64,000 bases of DNA from Selaginella moellendorffii (lineage: Eukaryota > Plantae > Lycopodiophyta), in contig NW_003314355.1 in assembly GCF_000143415.4 (NCBI RefSeq), positions 391,410 to 455,409 on the forward strand, read 5' to 3'. Below are positions 51,276 to 64,000 of the stretch, in pieces. The notes under the pieces are model-generated. The model was not told where the DNA came from and did not search any database. It saw only the letters and a program-made list of their open reading frames with translations. How positions within the stretch are numbered: the first letter of the stretch is position 1; each line of letters begins with the position of its first letter. The translations under genes and the position numbers were made by a program.

Positions 51276-52699
51276 GCAAGGACCTGTAGAGCCACAACCT
51301 TTGCTACTCATCCATGAGACAGTGCTTTGCCACAACAGTTGCAAGTTGTATGAAAAACCCCTAGAGCTTGGCAATGTGAGTCTGGATACTGTCATTTTCC
51401 TCTAGCCTCAAGAAATCCATTTGTGAATGGATGTTGAAGATATCCATTTCACTCTTGGTGCTATAGGTGTTGCTTAACCACTTCCAAAGCATTGCTACAG
51501 TGGACTTTGGAATTGATGGGACAACAAAGAGAACATTCGAGAACAAGCACATCATAATACTCCCTCTAGCCTTGGAATCCCGAAGGTTCTAATCATGCAC
51601 AGCAGTGCTAAAGCCTAGAGCCAGTGATGGCTATGTCCCATCTACAATCCCCAACAAACCATGTAAGATTCAAGATGGATCATGAATCTTTCAAACCCTT
51701 CTCCATCAAACTTGCGGATGGATGGCTTTCCTTCCATAGCGCTATCATAGCTCTGATACCATGAGACAAATCGGGATCAAAGCACACCATGCTAGCGGAC
51801 AGAACAGGAAAACCTTAATGTCAATGTGGCGAGGTGTGTCATGTAACAGTAGAGACAGTCATAGTCACTGGATGAAATCCTTGAGACAAATGGATCGCTG
51901 GGATCATTGCCTTGAATGATATATATACCTAGAAAATGTGATGCTACTAGGATGTTGCACACACACACTCCTCATGTGAGAAATTTGAGCCACCACATTG
52001 CAACCGGTGAATCACATTTTTGGTCAAACATTTGAATACTCTGAATTGAAATATTGAGAATGGTGGCAAATTGCTATGGAAGCAAGCACCGTTGTATGAT
52101 GTGCTCTTTGAAAACTTTTGAGAAAGCTTGCTCTTCTAAAATAATATCTTAAACGGATGTTGCTGGTTCTTGTTCCAGCATGCTTATACTTTGCTTCTCA
52201 GAAGTAGCGTTTGCATTGGCTGCTTGCTCAGATTGAGACGCAGAGTCCATCCAACCCACTTTGTTTGCCATGGCCTCTGGGTTTTTAAATAAAACGAGCA
52301 AGTGAGAGTTTCATTCCATCGAGAAGAGAATGGTTTCTTTCTTGAGCTTGACAGCAGCAACAAGCTGAGTGCCATGCCCAGAATTTACGCCCACAAAACA
52401 AGGAATTCTTGCGCTGCTGTTTACATTATGGTATACGTTAAGAAGCAAGCAATTAGTGTCCACTTTGGACGGGAACCTGATGGCTGGATATCTGGCTAGA
52501 ATAAAGAAATATATTGGCAAGGTCACAGGTTCGAATCCACAGCCAGAGAGCCAATCAATTTCTTTTGTATGAACGGAATGCTCTTCAAAAAACAGGAAGC
52601 GCTTTGTGTGCCTCCTGGATTTCTCTTGCAAAGTCGCTGCCTTTTGGCTGTCACTCTCACGCTCTCGGCAGTGTTGCTGGAGCTAAAGCTTCTATCTTA

Positions 52700-53435
52700 C
52701 CTGATCCCCCAGCGGGACGCCGCGACCTAGAACGCGATGATCCACGCCTACTCCGCGCAGGGTTCAGGCTCTTGGATCGTGCGATATTTCCTTTCACTGG
52801 CAAATGCGAGCAGCAAGAACACACGGGGCATTCGATCGACACGGCGTCAATCTTGTTCGATTGAATGCCCCAGTGTCCTGCAAAACAGTCGTCAAATCCT
52901 ACATCTGGATCTCCAATCTCGGCCAGGCAAACAAGATCTTCGATTCCATGCCGGATCATGACGTGGTTGCTTGGAACTCACTCATTACACTGTATGCCCA
53001 TTCCGGGCATCTTGAGCTTTCCAAGAACACGGAGTTCCGTGATCGTCTCTTGGAACGCGATGATCACCGCGTATGTGGCGGCATCCCGTACCCGCGACTG
53101 AGAGTCTATGTTTGATTGCGTCTTAGAGCGCCATGGAACTCAATGATAATGGCGATAGGGGCAAATTGTGGCAGCGAAATCGACCTTCGATCCTCGCATT
53201 TGCGAGAATGGGCATTTTGACGAGGCTGTTCACGAGATCCTGCGCAAGACCATTGTCTGCTGGATAGCTCTCACGCCAGTTTCAACTTGAGCGCCGGCAG
53301 GAGAAAGGAGGAGCTGCTGCACTACCACAGTGTTGTGGCTTTTGGATTGATCAGCAGGGGACGATCTATAACCGTGAGAGAGGCCTTGCCGTTTCCATCA
53401 CTTGAGCAATGGGACGTGTTTACTGGTGACTTTAG
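52700..53435 (+). pseudogene. PLS-class PPR-DYW pseudogene, internally collapsed
   Basis: ANKIFDSMPDHDVVAWNSLITLYAHSGH, IVSWNAMITAY and DYW remnants KEELLHYHS..AFGLIS..RFHHLSNGTC; stops and frameshifts. Confidence 0.85.
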
Positions 53436-54484
53436 TCGGATGTGTTAGGATGCTTGAATCCAGAATTTGCGAACCGGTGAGGCCCAGAAATCTGTGCTCA
53501 AGAACAATGTCATGGAAAACCACCGCCATTGCCATTAACTACATGATGCCTCGATGACGATCCGCTGCTCCCGGCGGGGGCGCTTGTGCAAATCTCATGA
53601 AATAAAGAATGTAGCTATGTGAGTCGAGCTGATCGACTCTCTTCTCGATGACTTGTCTGGGGATCCGGTCTGGCTCAATCTTCAAACTAGACTCACAAGC
53701 ACTCACAAGCATTGCTGTTCCATGGTTCTTCTTTCGCCCTTTTTTTCTCTAAACACTCTTGTGAAGGACAGCCACCTTCTGGCCTCGAGTATTTTCCATG
53801 CATTGCCCCTCTTTTTCACACACTGAACCTTGTGGGTGTGACTTGAAAGTTCATGGAGTTTTTCAAATCTTTGGTCTTGTTGCTGCTAGGAACAAGCATC
53901 AAACTTGGATAGAACATGACAAGAAAGTGCCTTGATGAAATCTCAAGCTCCCCAGGATTTGAAAGAACAGAGAAGTACCTCCAGCCTTGGGCTCTTAACT
54001 TTGCTGCTAATCATGAGCATGCCTGGATCAATTTAAACTCCAATGCTCAAACAAGCCATCTCCAGACATTTGGTCTTTGTTGATTTCTGTTGCAGCAAAT
54101 CCTGTTTCAGAAGAAAAGGTAGCTTGCCTTTGTCCATCCCAGGGATTCTTCCAAACTTAGTGGTGAAATCTTCATTCTATAATAGTTTCTTTGACAGCCG
54201 CAGAAAGGACGACAGCCTTATAAAACATTCGCGAGAGCTTGCGCCGTTGTTACATTATGGTGAAGATAAGATATACGTTAAGAAGCAATTAGTGTCCAAT
54301 TTGGACGGGAACCTGATGGCCGGATATCTGGCTAGAATGAAGAAACATATTGGCAAGGTCACGGGTTCGAATCCACAGCCAGAGACCCAATCAAAATTTT
54401 TTGTATGAATGGGCAACCGAGCACTCTTGTGCCTTTGCATCTTGCAAGCTACTGTGCCTGGTGAGATCGAGATGATGTCCGCGA

Positions 54485-54900
54485 TCATGAAGCACTTAAG
54501 ATGCGTGGGAAGCTAGACGAGGCGGAGTTCATAGCGTCGAGCCAAATTTCAGCACTGGAGAATGAAAGAGTGGGGAAAAGTCCGATGCTAGTGTAGCTCC
54601 AACCATTCTTCTCGATGCGAGTGTCCGAGCTGCAACCGAGTGCCTCAATTGGGAGCCGAATGAGGCTCGAATGTGCTCTTGGCACAAGTGATCCAGGCCA
54701 GGCCAGCAACGACGACTAGCGTGTGGATCTCCACCGGATCGGCATTGATAAAGAGAAATAATTGGATGCTCGCCATCGAGAAAAAGAGTGCCAAGGCAAC
54801 GGGCAAATGCCGCAATCGCAATGTTCCACGAGAAAGAATCTCGATCCCAGCGCCCACACTTTCCAGACATTTCCATGACCAGATTAGCAAGGAAGCTCGA
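54485..54900 (-). pseudogene. PPR fragment
   Basis: KCG..DRDSFSWNIAIAAFAR motif; frameshifted. Confidence 0.65.
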
Positions 54901-56308
54901 GGCCGCTGGAGACGATTTTCCTCGTGGATGCGCCTTCCCCCTCCCAGATCTGTGCTCACCGCATTCTCACGAAGGCGTCCACCGCTGGAGATCGCTCCTC
55001 CTTCCTGCAATTCTTGGCTGGGTGGCGCCTCCTCGTCAAGGCTCAAGAACGATGCCATTGCCATTATAAGCTACTGCTCCACATTTTCAATCAAGGGGGC
55101 TCTTTACCCGGGCGTGCTCTATGAGTCGAGCTGATCTCATCGAGCGTGGTCTTTCTTCTCTGGCTCAAACCAAGCTAGACATCTTCAAACTAAGCTCACA
55201 AGCACAAGCACTGCTTTTCCCCGGTATGTATGGTTCTTCTCGCGCTCATTTTTCTTATACTCTTGTCCAGATCGCTTCATTCCTCATCTTCGCCACCCTT
55301 TGGCCTTGAGTATTTTCCGTTCATTGTGGTCACTCCACGCCTTAGATGTTGATGAACTACAGTCGCCTCCATTTATCTCTGAGTTTGTGACCTTTGTTTT
55401 ATGCCATCTGCCCTTTGGAAACTTTTTGCTCACAGCTGATTGAGTTTGAGCTCCATCAAGGCTCTCACAAGATTGGACAATAGTGTGAAAGACAGATCAT
55501 GGCCATACTTTTGGCACCCAAAACCATGTGTTTGAAGACAAGCTTCACTAGCTAGTTGCACCAAGATCACCACCAATTCCATGGGGTGTGACTTTATGTT
55601 GAATCCAGGATTTTCCTTAGAGCTTCCCTGGTTTATTGGATCTCTGGTGCAACCCTGGAGTTTTCCTTGTGGGTGAGTTTGGGAGCAACATATTATTGCT
55701 AGGAAAAGGCATCAAACTTGGAGCTCGACTCTCATGCCCCGAGGATTTGAAAGAATTGAAACCAATGAACCTCCAGCTTTGACAATAGATGGAACCATAC
55801 TCGAGCTCAAACAAGCCATCTTCCAGAACAATATCTTAAACGGATGTTGCTGGTTCTTGTTCCAGCGTGCTTATACTTTGCTTCTCAGAAGTAGTGTTTG
55901 CATCGGCTGCTTGATCAGAATGAGACACAGAGTCCATCCAACCCAGTTTGTTTGCAATGGCCTCTGGGTTTTTAAATAAAACGAGCAAGTGAGAGTTCAA
56001 GAAGAGAATGGTTTCTTTCTTGAGCTTGACAGCAGCAACGAGCTGAGCGCCATTGCACCCACAACAAGGAATTCTTGCGCTGCTGTTTGACTTATGCATA
56101 ATCATCTAGATTAATCTCATGTTTACAATTTCTTAAAATCGCTAAAAACAAAGAAATTTTAATTGCAATAATTATGTTTAGAATAGTATATTCTAGCATA
56201 CTTTTCAATCAAAGTACTTTAATGCTGTTTTTAAGCAAAGTGGATATACCTAGAATATGTTGGATATTCTAGGATATTTTACCATCTTATTTATTTATAT
56301 TAATCTTA

Positions 56309-59300
56309 CTAGCTAGGATCCCAGCTCTGCTGGGGGAGATAGTATGCCAAAGTATAATAGATTACTTAAGTTACAATTTTATTACATTCATGAAAAACTT
56401 TGTGAGGACACTAAATAGCATTAAAGAGAATATATGTTGGATCTAAGAAATGCTTAATGGTTTATAGCAAAAAACTGTTATGAATCAAAGATGAAACATT
56501 AATTATAAACACAATAATGGATTCATTCTTTAAAAGCAAGTTATATGGTGAATATGAATCATTAGATTACAGCAAAGAATAGTCATATGTGGGAAAGAAT
56601 AAGGTTTTGTTATTGGTTGGTTAGTTATGCAACTTTGGTTGTGTATGTATGTTGGACTTATATATAGTAAAGGGTACTTTGTGGCCAACCTAGAAATAAT
56701 ATTTTGTAATAAGAAATTGAGAAAAGAATCAGTGTCTTAATTTACCATTCACTTGTAAGGATGTCTTGAGCATATACACACACACACTTTTTCTCCAACA
56801 ATGGCAGAAAGAAATTTATATATACTTGAGCTAGAAAGTAATCAGTGTAAAAGTGGAATTCCCTCCCTACTTGAGTAGTTTAAATAAACACTAAGCTTAT
56901 TTTTATTACTAAAAAGAAAAAGATATCAGAAATGCTTTTGAGAACCATGTGTTTCCTTTTGGATTAGCCATTAGGTTACAGCTGTATAAAACACTTTTCT
57001 CTTAGAGCACATATTTGCAATGATTAATATGGCTATTATGGAAAGATAATGCCATAAGGGATTCTTATGGCATGAATTGTCCCATTTCCAAGCTACATCA
57101 AGAGCATTTAACTTCATGAATTTGGGGAATCACAGAGTTAATGCCTTTTAATAAAATTAATATTAGCATAGAAAAAGTTTTATTTAGGGCTTACTTATTT
57201 ATCTTTATCCTCCAAATAGTCTCAAAGAAATTAAAGTAAAATGATTGAAGACCTTTTATTAAAGGTTGAGATTGACATCTTTTAGAAGTGCTTTGATTAA
57301 TTGATAAATAAAAGATTTATTCTTTTCTTAATAAATTTATAAGATTTAGAAATATTTACAAAGGATTATTATTATTTTATGGCTATGATGTCGTTTACTA
57401 TTATTAGCATAGTAACGATTGAATTAGTTTTAATCTAGACCACTCACTCTTGTATATAAGCTAGGGTTTTTGGGCTAATCGAATACACTTTTATATTCCA
57501 TGCACCCACATTAGTGAAGATGAAGAGCAATTTTGGTCCTCCTTGAGAAGTGCTTAAATTTGTGTGTTTGGTTTAGCTTTTGTATTGTCTAGATCTCTTT
57601 TATTTTTGTAGCTTTTCCATTTATTCTCTTTTGCTTTTTCTATTTTCATTCATCTTTACGGTAGAATAGAGTACTCCTCCTTTACAAAAGCATCTTCCTC
57701 TTTTGACTCTAGAATAACAATTGATGCAATTGCTCAATGTTATATAGTTGCAATTGAATAATAAAACTTAATTGATAGTAATATTCATGATGTATGGTGA
57801 AACTTCTCTTGCCTTTGATGCTAATCCTTACGTCTGGCTAAATTTCTTCAATGGGAATCTTGAGGATGATACATACAATTGGTTTGATCACTTTATAGTG
57901 ATTGATGATGCCTGGCATTGATATGAGTTTCCCACATATCTCAAAGGACGGTATTGTAATGGTACAATAGTTTGAGTATAACCACTCATGTAAATTGGAT
58001 AAGGGCGAGGATATTGTCGTGGTTGTGATATTTGCTGCTAAGTGTATGATGAGGTTGGCCACATATATTAGAGTTTTCAATATTTTTTGAATTGGCACTA
58101 TCCATTTATTGGGTTAAGGTCTTGGCATTAACAACATCATGTTAATGCTATTGTAGTGGAAGGTTTTGATATAGAGATTTTTCAAGAACAAGGAGTCATG
58201 TGAGTAGTGAAGAGTTTTTGTGTGAATAAGTCAATAACCTTTCCATCTTTTTAGAAGTACAATTCACTTTTTGTCAGTTCATCCAATGTTCTCTTTCCAA
58301 ACTAATTTTTATAATAAGAGGTCCCTTGTTATTTAGTTGATATAAGTTTAAGTTTATCTTCTATTACTCAGCATATATTGTCATTTATAGTTGCATCATG
58401 TGGTAGAGTCAGTTTTCATTCTCTATAGTAATGGCTGTACACATACATATATCTTTTTATTTTAGATTAAACTTAAAATTATTTAGCTTTATTTTTTTTT
58501 TAAATTATTAATCATAAAAATATCAAGCACTCTGCTTTATAGAACTACAGCCAATAGGAATTCAGCCAAATGAATGTGATGCAATTGCAAAAGAAACTCG
58601 TGAAAAAATAAGGTGAAATCCAAAGAATTCTTGCTAGTTTGTAAGTGGTCAAATTCTTATTGTGAGAATGAAATGGTCAGTTATATGGATCTCCAAGAAG
58701 TTTTAATGTCACATTAAACTCTCAAGGGCATTCATGTATAAGCTAAATATAGTGGACATCCTTATTTAATCCAAATAGTGCATTCAATCTATTTAACTCC
58801 TTGATAGTCTGCAAGAATAATGACATATATTTATTCAATGATAACTAATGGTGTGTTAATTTGTCGTAGCTATTGAAATCATTTATTATGGGAAACTGTG
58901 TTGACTAAGTTTTATATATCAAGACAATCCCCTATACCATATTTTTTATTGTCTATGAAGTTGTGAATTTCATTGCTAGAGCTATCATGTGGCACTTTGT
59001 TTTTCTAAATGCTATTCCAAAAGGGAGGAGCAACTATGCTAAGTTGGTACTTGAACTTATATAAAGCACCTGTTGTTGTAGGATAGAATGTGATGAGCAC
59101 ATAGTGCATTAGGAAGTCATTATTTGTTACTGAATATTTGTTTCATTCCTCTCTAAGAAGCAACACTTGTCCCATCAACTACACCCTTTTACTCTCTATA
59201 GTTGCAAATCTAAAAGAATGCCCTCTTGTGCCAATGATTCCTTCTTCCAATTAATACATCCTTTTAGCAACACACTTGTGAGATATGTTTACCCTCTATC

Positions 59301-60729
59301 ATAGGTTCACTTTAGTAAAAAAGAATACTTTTCCAAGGTAGTTTGTAGTTTATCAACTATTAAGCTTAATTCCAGCAAGTAAAGCCAAATTGCAAAACTG
59401 TTACCAAGAATATATATTTTGAAATAGGGGCTAGATTAAAGTAAAGTAATGGAACTTCACATGAGAAAAATATCCTTGAGAAAATTTTAAAAAAACTATA
59501 AGCATTTGAGTTTTGATTTCTTATTTACCCATCACTCAAGTTAGTGACATGACTTCCTAGATGCCCAAAGTTAGATATCTTCATGAAAACCCTATCATGC
59601 AAATACGTTAGCCTAGTAAATCCTATAGGACTTTCTTGTGGATTTCTTTTGTTTCCAAGCTCAAACAGTAGAAACATCAAGAATACACTTCAAGAATGAG
59701 ACTTCTTCAAAAGAGCATATAATTTTTACTACAACTTACCAATGATCCATCCAAGTTAATAATTTGAAACACATGTTATTTATTTTTTTTCATATTTTGG
59801 GTTTGTGTGTAATATATGTTATTTTATTAAAAGTGACTAATTTCTTTTTCATGCAACATTAAAACCGTAATTACATCCATACATAAATTAAATTATTTTA
59901 TTAATGTAGCTTAATTTATAGTTGTAATCCATGATATAAAATTGAAAGTTTAAAACAGATTAATTTAACTTATAAATCACTTATAAATTTACATTAGAAA
60001 TATTAAATAAAGTTAACTAATATTATGCAGAAGATAATAAAATATTGTTTTTTATTCTTCCAATTTACTCTCACTGACAATTCACCTAAAATCATAATTA
60101 TTTTAAATTTTTTAAATTTTAATTTTCATATATAACTATTTGATTTGGGTTTGAATTGTTTACTGATTTAGTATATATAAAAATTTTTTTGAATGTACTC
60201 TTAAATATCTCTTCTTTCTTTACAAATCCACAATAATAGTAGAATATGTTCTTATAAATATTTTTAATATAATATAATTTTTATCAAACTCATTAGTGTA
60301 ATGTTATAATTTATAATTTTATGTTATTCTTTGAGCTAATAGGTAATGTTTTATTTTATTTGAAATCTTTATATAACTGGATATAATTAAGAAAATGGAT
60401 TTGATCTTTGAATATGTATGAGATGGCTTACACCACATTAGATACCATGTTATATATGAGACATGAATGCATAATTTTATTATAAAGCATTAGTATAGGT
60501 TTGTCTTAAAGCTTCAATTGAGCTTTATCTTTTTTGTCAATTTTTTATTATATCAATCTATACCTAAGCATAAGGAAAATACCCTGTTAGTTCAAATGGT
60601 AGATTAAGTATTTTATAAAAAAAATTTAATGGTTTCGAAATAGTGTAAAATTATATGTCACATTTGTGAGAAAAATACATCTCAGCTGGTAAAGATAGAA
60701 AACTTATTTTATTAAATATTTATATTAGA
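56309..60729 (-). mobile_element. Old non-autonomous or decayed Helitron
   Basis: Minus-strand 3' end CCCAGC-AGA-GCTGGG hairpin, 7 nt, then CTAG followed by T. Candidate A|TCTAATATAAAT 5' end at 60729 is uncertain. AT-rich, no ORF. Confidence 0.6.
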
Positions 60730-62229
60730 TATTTTTATAAAATAAAAATATTAATACATGTGTAAAAGCTTTCTAAACAAAATATAAGTTACTAATAGAT
60801 CAAGAGTATGTAAGATATATTGTAAGTTATAATATATAACATAACTACTATGAAAATTAAATGATAAAGAGAAAAAATATTTGAGAAAGAAAAACTTAGA
60901 ATAAGAACAAAGAAATTTAATATGTGACCCTCACAAATAGAAATAAAATTTTAAATATTAAAAACACTGGTCAATATGAAATTCTCATGAAAAGTGATTT
61001 AGGTTAAAAATTAGTAGAACAACTCCAAAATTAAATATCTAGATTGTAACCCTTAAATTTAAAAATTATAAATTACAGTTCATTAGGATTATAATTAGGT
61101 AATATCATGCTAGATGTTATGATTTCAAAATTTCTAAGGAAGTTTGAAAATTTCAAAACAATTCCAAGATTGTCTCTTACCAAAAGATTTTAAATCATAT
61201 ATAGCTAAAAATCTCAAAAAGTATATTTTAAATATAAAATTACTATTATATTATTAAAAAATGCTTACTATTCAGCAATTATCTAAAGGAGAATATTATT
61301 ATGAACAAACTTAGATTATAAGAAATTTTAATAATTTTATTATAAACTTAGAAACCACATTACTATTTAAGTAATAATAAATTTATTTTTTGTAGTACTA
61401 TATTTAATATAATCTAATGATATTTTCAAAATATTCTAAAATTTAAGCGTATTTTGATTTTATTTATTTTTAAAATAATATGTATTGTTGTTTCAAGATT
61501 ATCATTTGTGAATAAAGTTTCAAATTCTTCATTCTCTAAATTATATTGTTTGTATGTTCCTTATAAAGAACATAAAAATAAATAATTAAACTTAGATCTA
61601 ACATATTACAATATACAAGAATAATATAATGATATTTTTCACTTTTTAAAGTATAACATAATATAATTATTAACATATAATATATACTATAAAGTATTTC
61701 TTAAATGAATTTCTTTAAAAAAAACTTACAATTCACATATATAGCTTTTAATTACATTAAGTTTAAGTTTGATAGTTTTTTGAGGATTTTTATAAGTGAG
61801 AATTATTTTCTTAAGTTTTCAAGAGTAGAGTTTTCTACAAAAATAATGATATTTTTGAGATGTTCTTAAGAATTGCATGTTTGGAATATATACATCTCCA
61901 AAGATTTCTCTAAATAGCAAAATGCAATACATCTTTATAAAATATCTGCTTGTGTCATTCTGACCTTGTAAGCATTGGTTTGTAGTCAAGGAAAGCCACA
62001 AAGGCTACAACAGGCAGCTTCTATTTAACTATTTATTAGAGCAAGAAAATATCATACTACAACTTACAGTTTCTCATTCCCTAGACATTCCTCAGATGCT
62101 GCTCATAGAATTCCAGAAGTTGTAACTTGACTACCATAAAACATGAAAGAAGCAGCAAAAAAGTAGCATTCATGTTTTAAAAGTTTTTTTCTGTTATTGA
62201 AAGATATCCAGAGGTTAACACTTTAGAGC

Positions 62230-63759
62230 CTTACAAGCACCTCATAAATTTCCCTTAAAGAGATGATGTGCAGTTCTATGGTTCTTTAAGAATACCTGCT
62301 AGTTTGCATCTGTCTTGAACATGTCTTCGTTAGGTCCATTGGAGCAAAGGGTAAACATAAATGCAGAGTTTTCATAAATAGCATTTCCTTCCAAATACAG
62401 AAGTGACAGGGATGAATTAGAATAGTGGAGGCATGAGAATACATAGGATATCATCTTCTATGAGGTACAATTCAGTAGAATACTTTTTTCTTTTATAATT
62501 ACAAAAGTTTGAAACTTTTACAGATTAGTCTGGATGTGGCCTAAAGAAGAAAGATTGTATGAAGGAAAGTTTGTATGAAATTGTAAATGTTTATCTTCAC
62601 TTTCTCAAGCACATCAGGATTTTTCTTTAGGAAACCATCAGCCATCGAGTAGTGACCAGCGTTTATGTACATGTTGAGCATGTCTATGATTTCAGCGCTT
62701 CCAGAAACTCTCCTTTGTCATCCAGCTCATCCATGAGCAACAAAAGAATGCTTGTTTCCTGTGGCTTTCTAGAAGCTCTTCGCTGGTTGATCAGGTCCTG
62801 GATAAGCTTGATGACCTTTCACCTGGCCTGAGAATAAGAAAACATCACAAAACTATGTAAGACAATGCATATGGCTTTTACCTTCAAGGCTTTGTTGTAG
62901 GCAGTGTTGGCGAAGTTGATGGGGAAAGCCTGAATGCCTTGGTTGTCAATGTAGTACAAGGAGAAATCTCATCCACATCGAGACTGGAGTCTTTCCTATA
63001 TAAAATGTAGAGGACAGTTAGATACATGAACTGTCATATCAGAAAAAACCAGTATCAACGAGAAAATAAGACAGAGAGGAAGTAAACATCACTTACCCTT
63101 CTCATCTCGGTAAGAAGAACAATCTTATAGCAACTAAAATTCTCATCGGTCGTGCTCATTAGTCATGACGACAGTGGATTTCTTGCTCTTATGGCAGCTG
63201 CCAATATCTTGACAACTCTAAGCTCAACGCAGGTTGCTCCATAGGCCACCTTGCAAGGCATGCTGTTGTAAGGCACATACTGCTTAAGAGCTTTGGGATT
63301 GTTCACAGTGACTCAGTAAGCTTCTGGAGCTTCAAGTAGCTCTCTTCAGTTAATCTTGCAAACAGATTTCGTTCAATGAGCACAACAGCGCTCTTTGGCC
63401 ATCCTGTCTCAAAGCTGTCTTTAGAGAGCACGAATTTGCATGCCTCTGGTGTGGCAACCAGGGCGTTGGGCTGCTAGAACAGAAAGGCCTTGTAAAACCC
63501 ACTCGATTATACCTGAAATCAAGAAGTGAGCCATGAAAGAGTATGGTAATCCAGACTTGAAGGCTCTGAGAAAAGCAGCCATGTTGATAAAGACGGGCCA
63601 TCCAAGCGGACCCGGTGGAAGTGGAGGCTGTCCCGGCTTTAGCACCGGCTCATAGTACCACTTGTGTATAAATCTCGAGAATGTCGGCAAAGCAGTCACT
63701 GCCATGTTGCTTTCCAGTGATAGAGGAGGAAGAACACCATAATGGTACAGCGTTGGCAC
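62230..63759 (-). pseudogene. KAO: Cytochrome P450 CYP88 family (ent-kaurenoic acid oxidase-like) pseudogene
   Basis: WYYEP..PLPPGPLGWPVFINMAAFLRAFKSG; NQGIQAFPINFANTAYNKALK exon; I-helix EIIDMLNMYINAGH; introns retained; several stops and frameshifts. Confidence 0.8.
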
Positions 63760-64000
63760 TCAACACAAAATTTCAAGATTGTATCCCCACTGCAAGAATA
63801 TGGCAACCATAAATTCTCTGCCTTTCATTATAGAGCTCAACACTGAATCTCAGTAGTTTCCAATCAAAAGAACCAAAATAAATAAATCCCAGCCTTTCTG
63901 CCACTCCTGGGAATAAGAAGGGAGACCTGCAATAGGAAAACCAGGCTGTAAAACACACAAGCACCTCCAAAAGCTCATTCATTGGAAATAAGAACAACTA

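Larger units (their letters stand above)
47109..52030 (-). mobile_element. Decayed Ty1/Copia element E (5' LTR, PBS, gag, protease, start of integrase)
   Basis: PBS at 51750-51761, LTR from 51762 (far end uncertain). Remnants: RKFDG/GIVDG gag start, LWKWLSNTY, knuckle CACCLEMGHWAQDC, protease WLIDSSCTNLM, integrase HSDLYGP..YFITFMDDYS. Many stops. Confidence 0.85.
52140..56095. repeat. Local shuffled duplications
   Basis: 52140-52425 ~ 55828-56095; 52405-52575 ~ 54237-54410; 53610-53800 ~ 55115-55320. Confidence 0.8.

Overview
Eukaryotic, most likely land-plant DNA. The compact PPR-DYW fragments and CYP88 gene would fit a lycophyte such as Selaginella, but that is inference. Bases 1-52,000 are a dense nest of LTR retrotransposons. 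None has an intact pol. I could order most insertions from their LTRs, primer-binding sites (PBS), polypurine tracts (PPT) and target-site duplications (TSD). Family A has ~1.1-kb LTRs and three copies (A1, A2, A3). Element B is 5.8 kb and gag-only, with a tRNA-Arg PBS and extra upstream ORFs, one PHD-finger-like. Family C has 1.5-1.8-kb LTRs carrying a 6/12/36-bp tandem array and occurs as C0, C1, C2 and several solo or partial LTRs. Also present: solo LTR D, a 664-bp TRIM (terminal-repeat retrotransposon in miniature), a 194-bp solo LTR and a decayed Copia host. Bases 52-56 kb are a mosaic of duplicated pseudogene fragments (PPR/DYW). Bases 56.3-60.7 kb are an old AT-rich Helitron. Bases 62.2-63.8 kb are a CYP88 (KAO-like) pseudogene. 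No intact host gene was seen. The most notable signals are: (1) a duplicated, covarying, possibly pseudoknotted four-way-junction RNA module next to twin tRNA T-loop hairpins in family C; (2) a ~70-bp core shared by three otherwise dissimilar LTR families; (3) the PHD-like accessory ORF in element B. All structures and alignments were read by eye.
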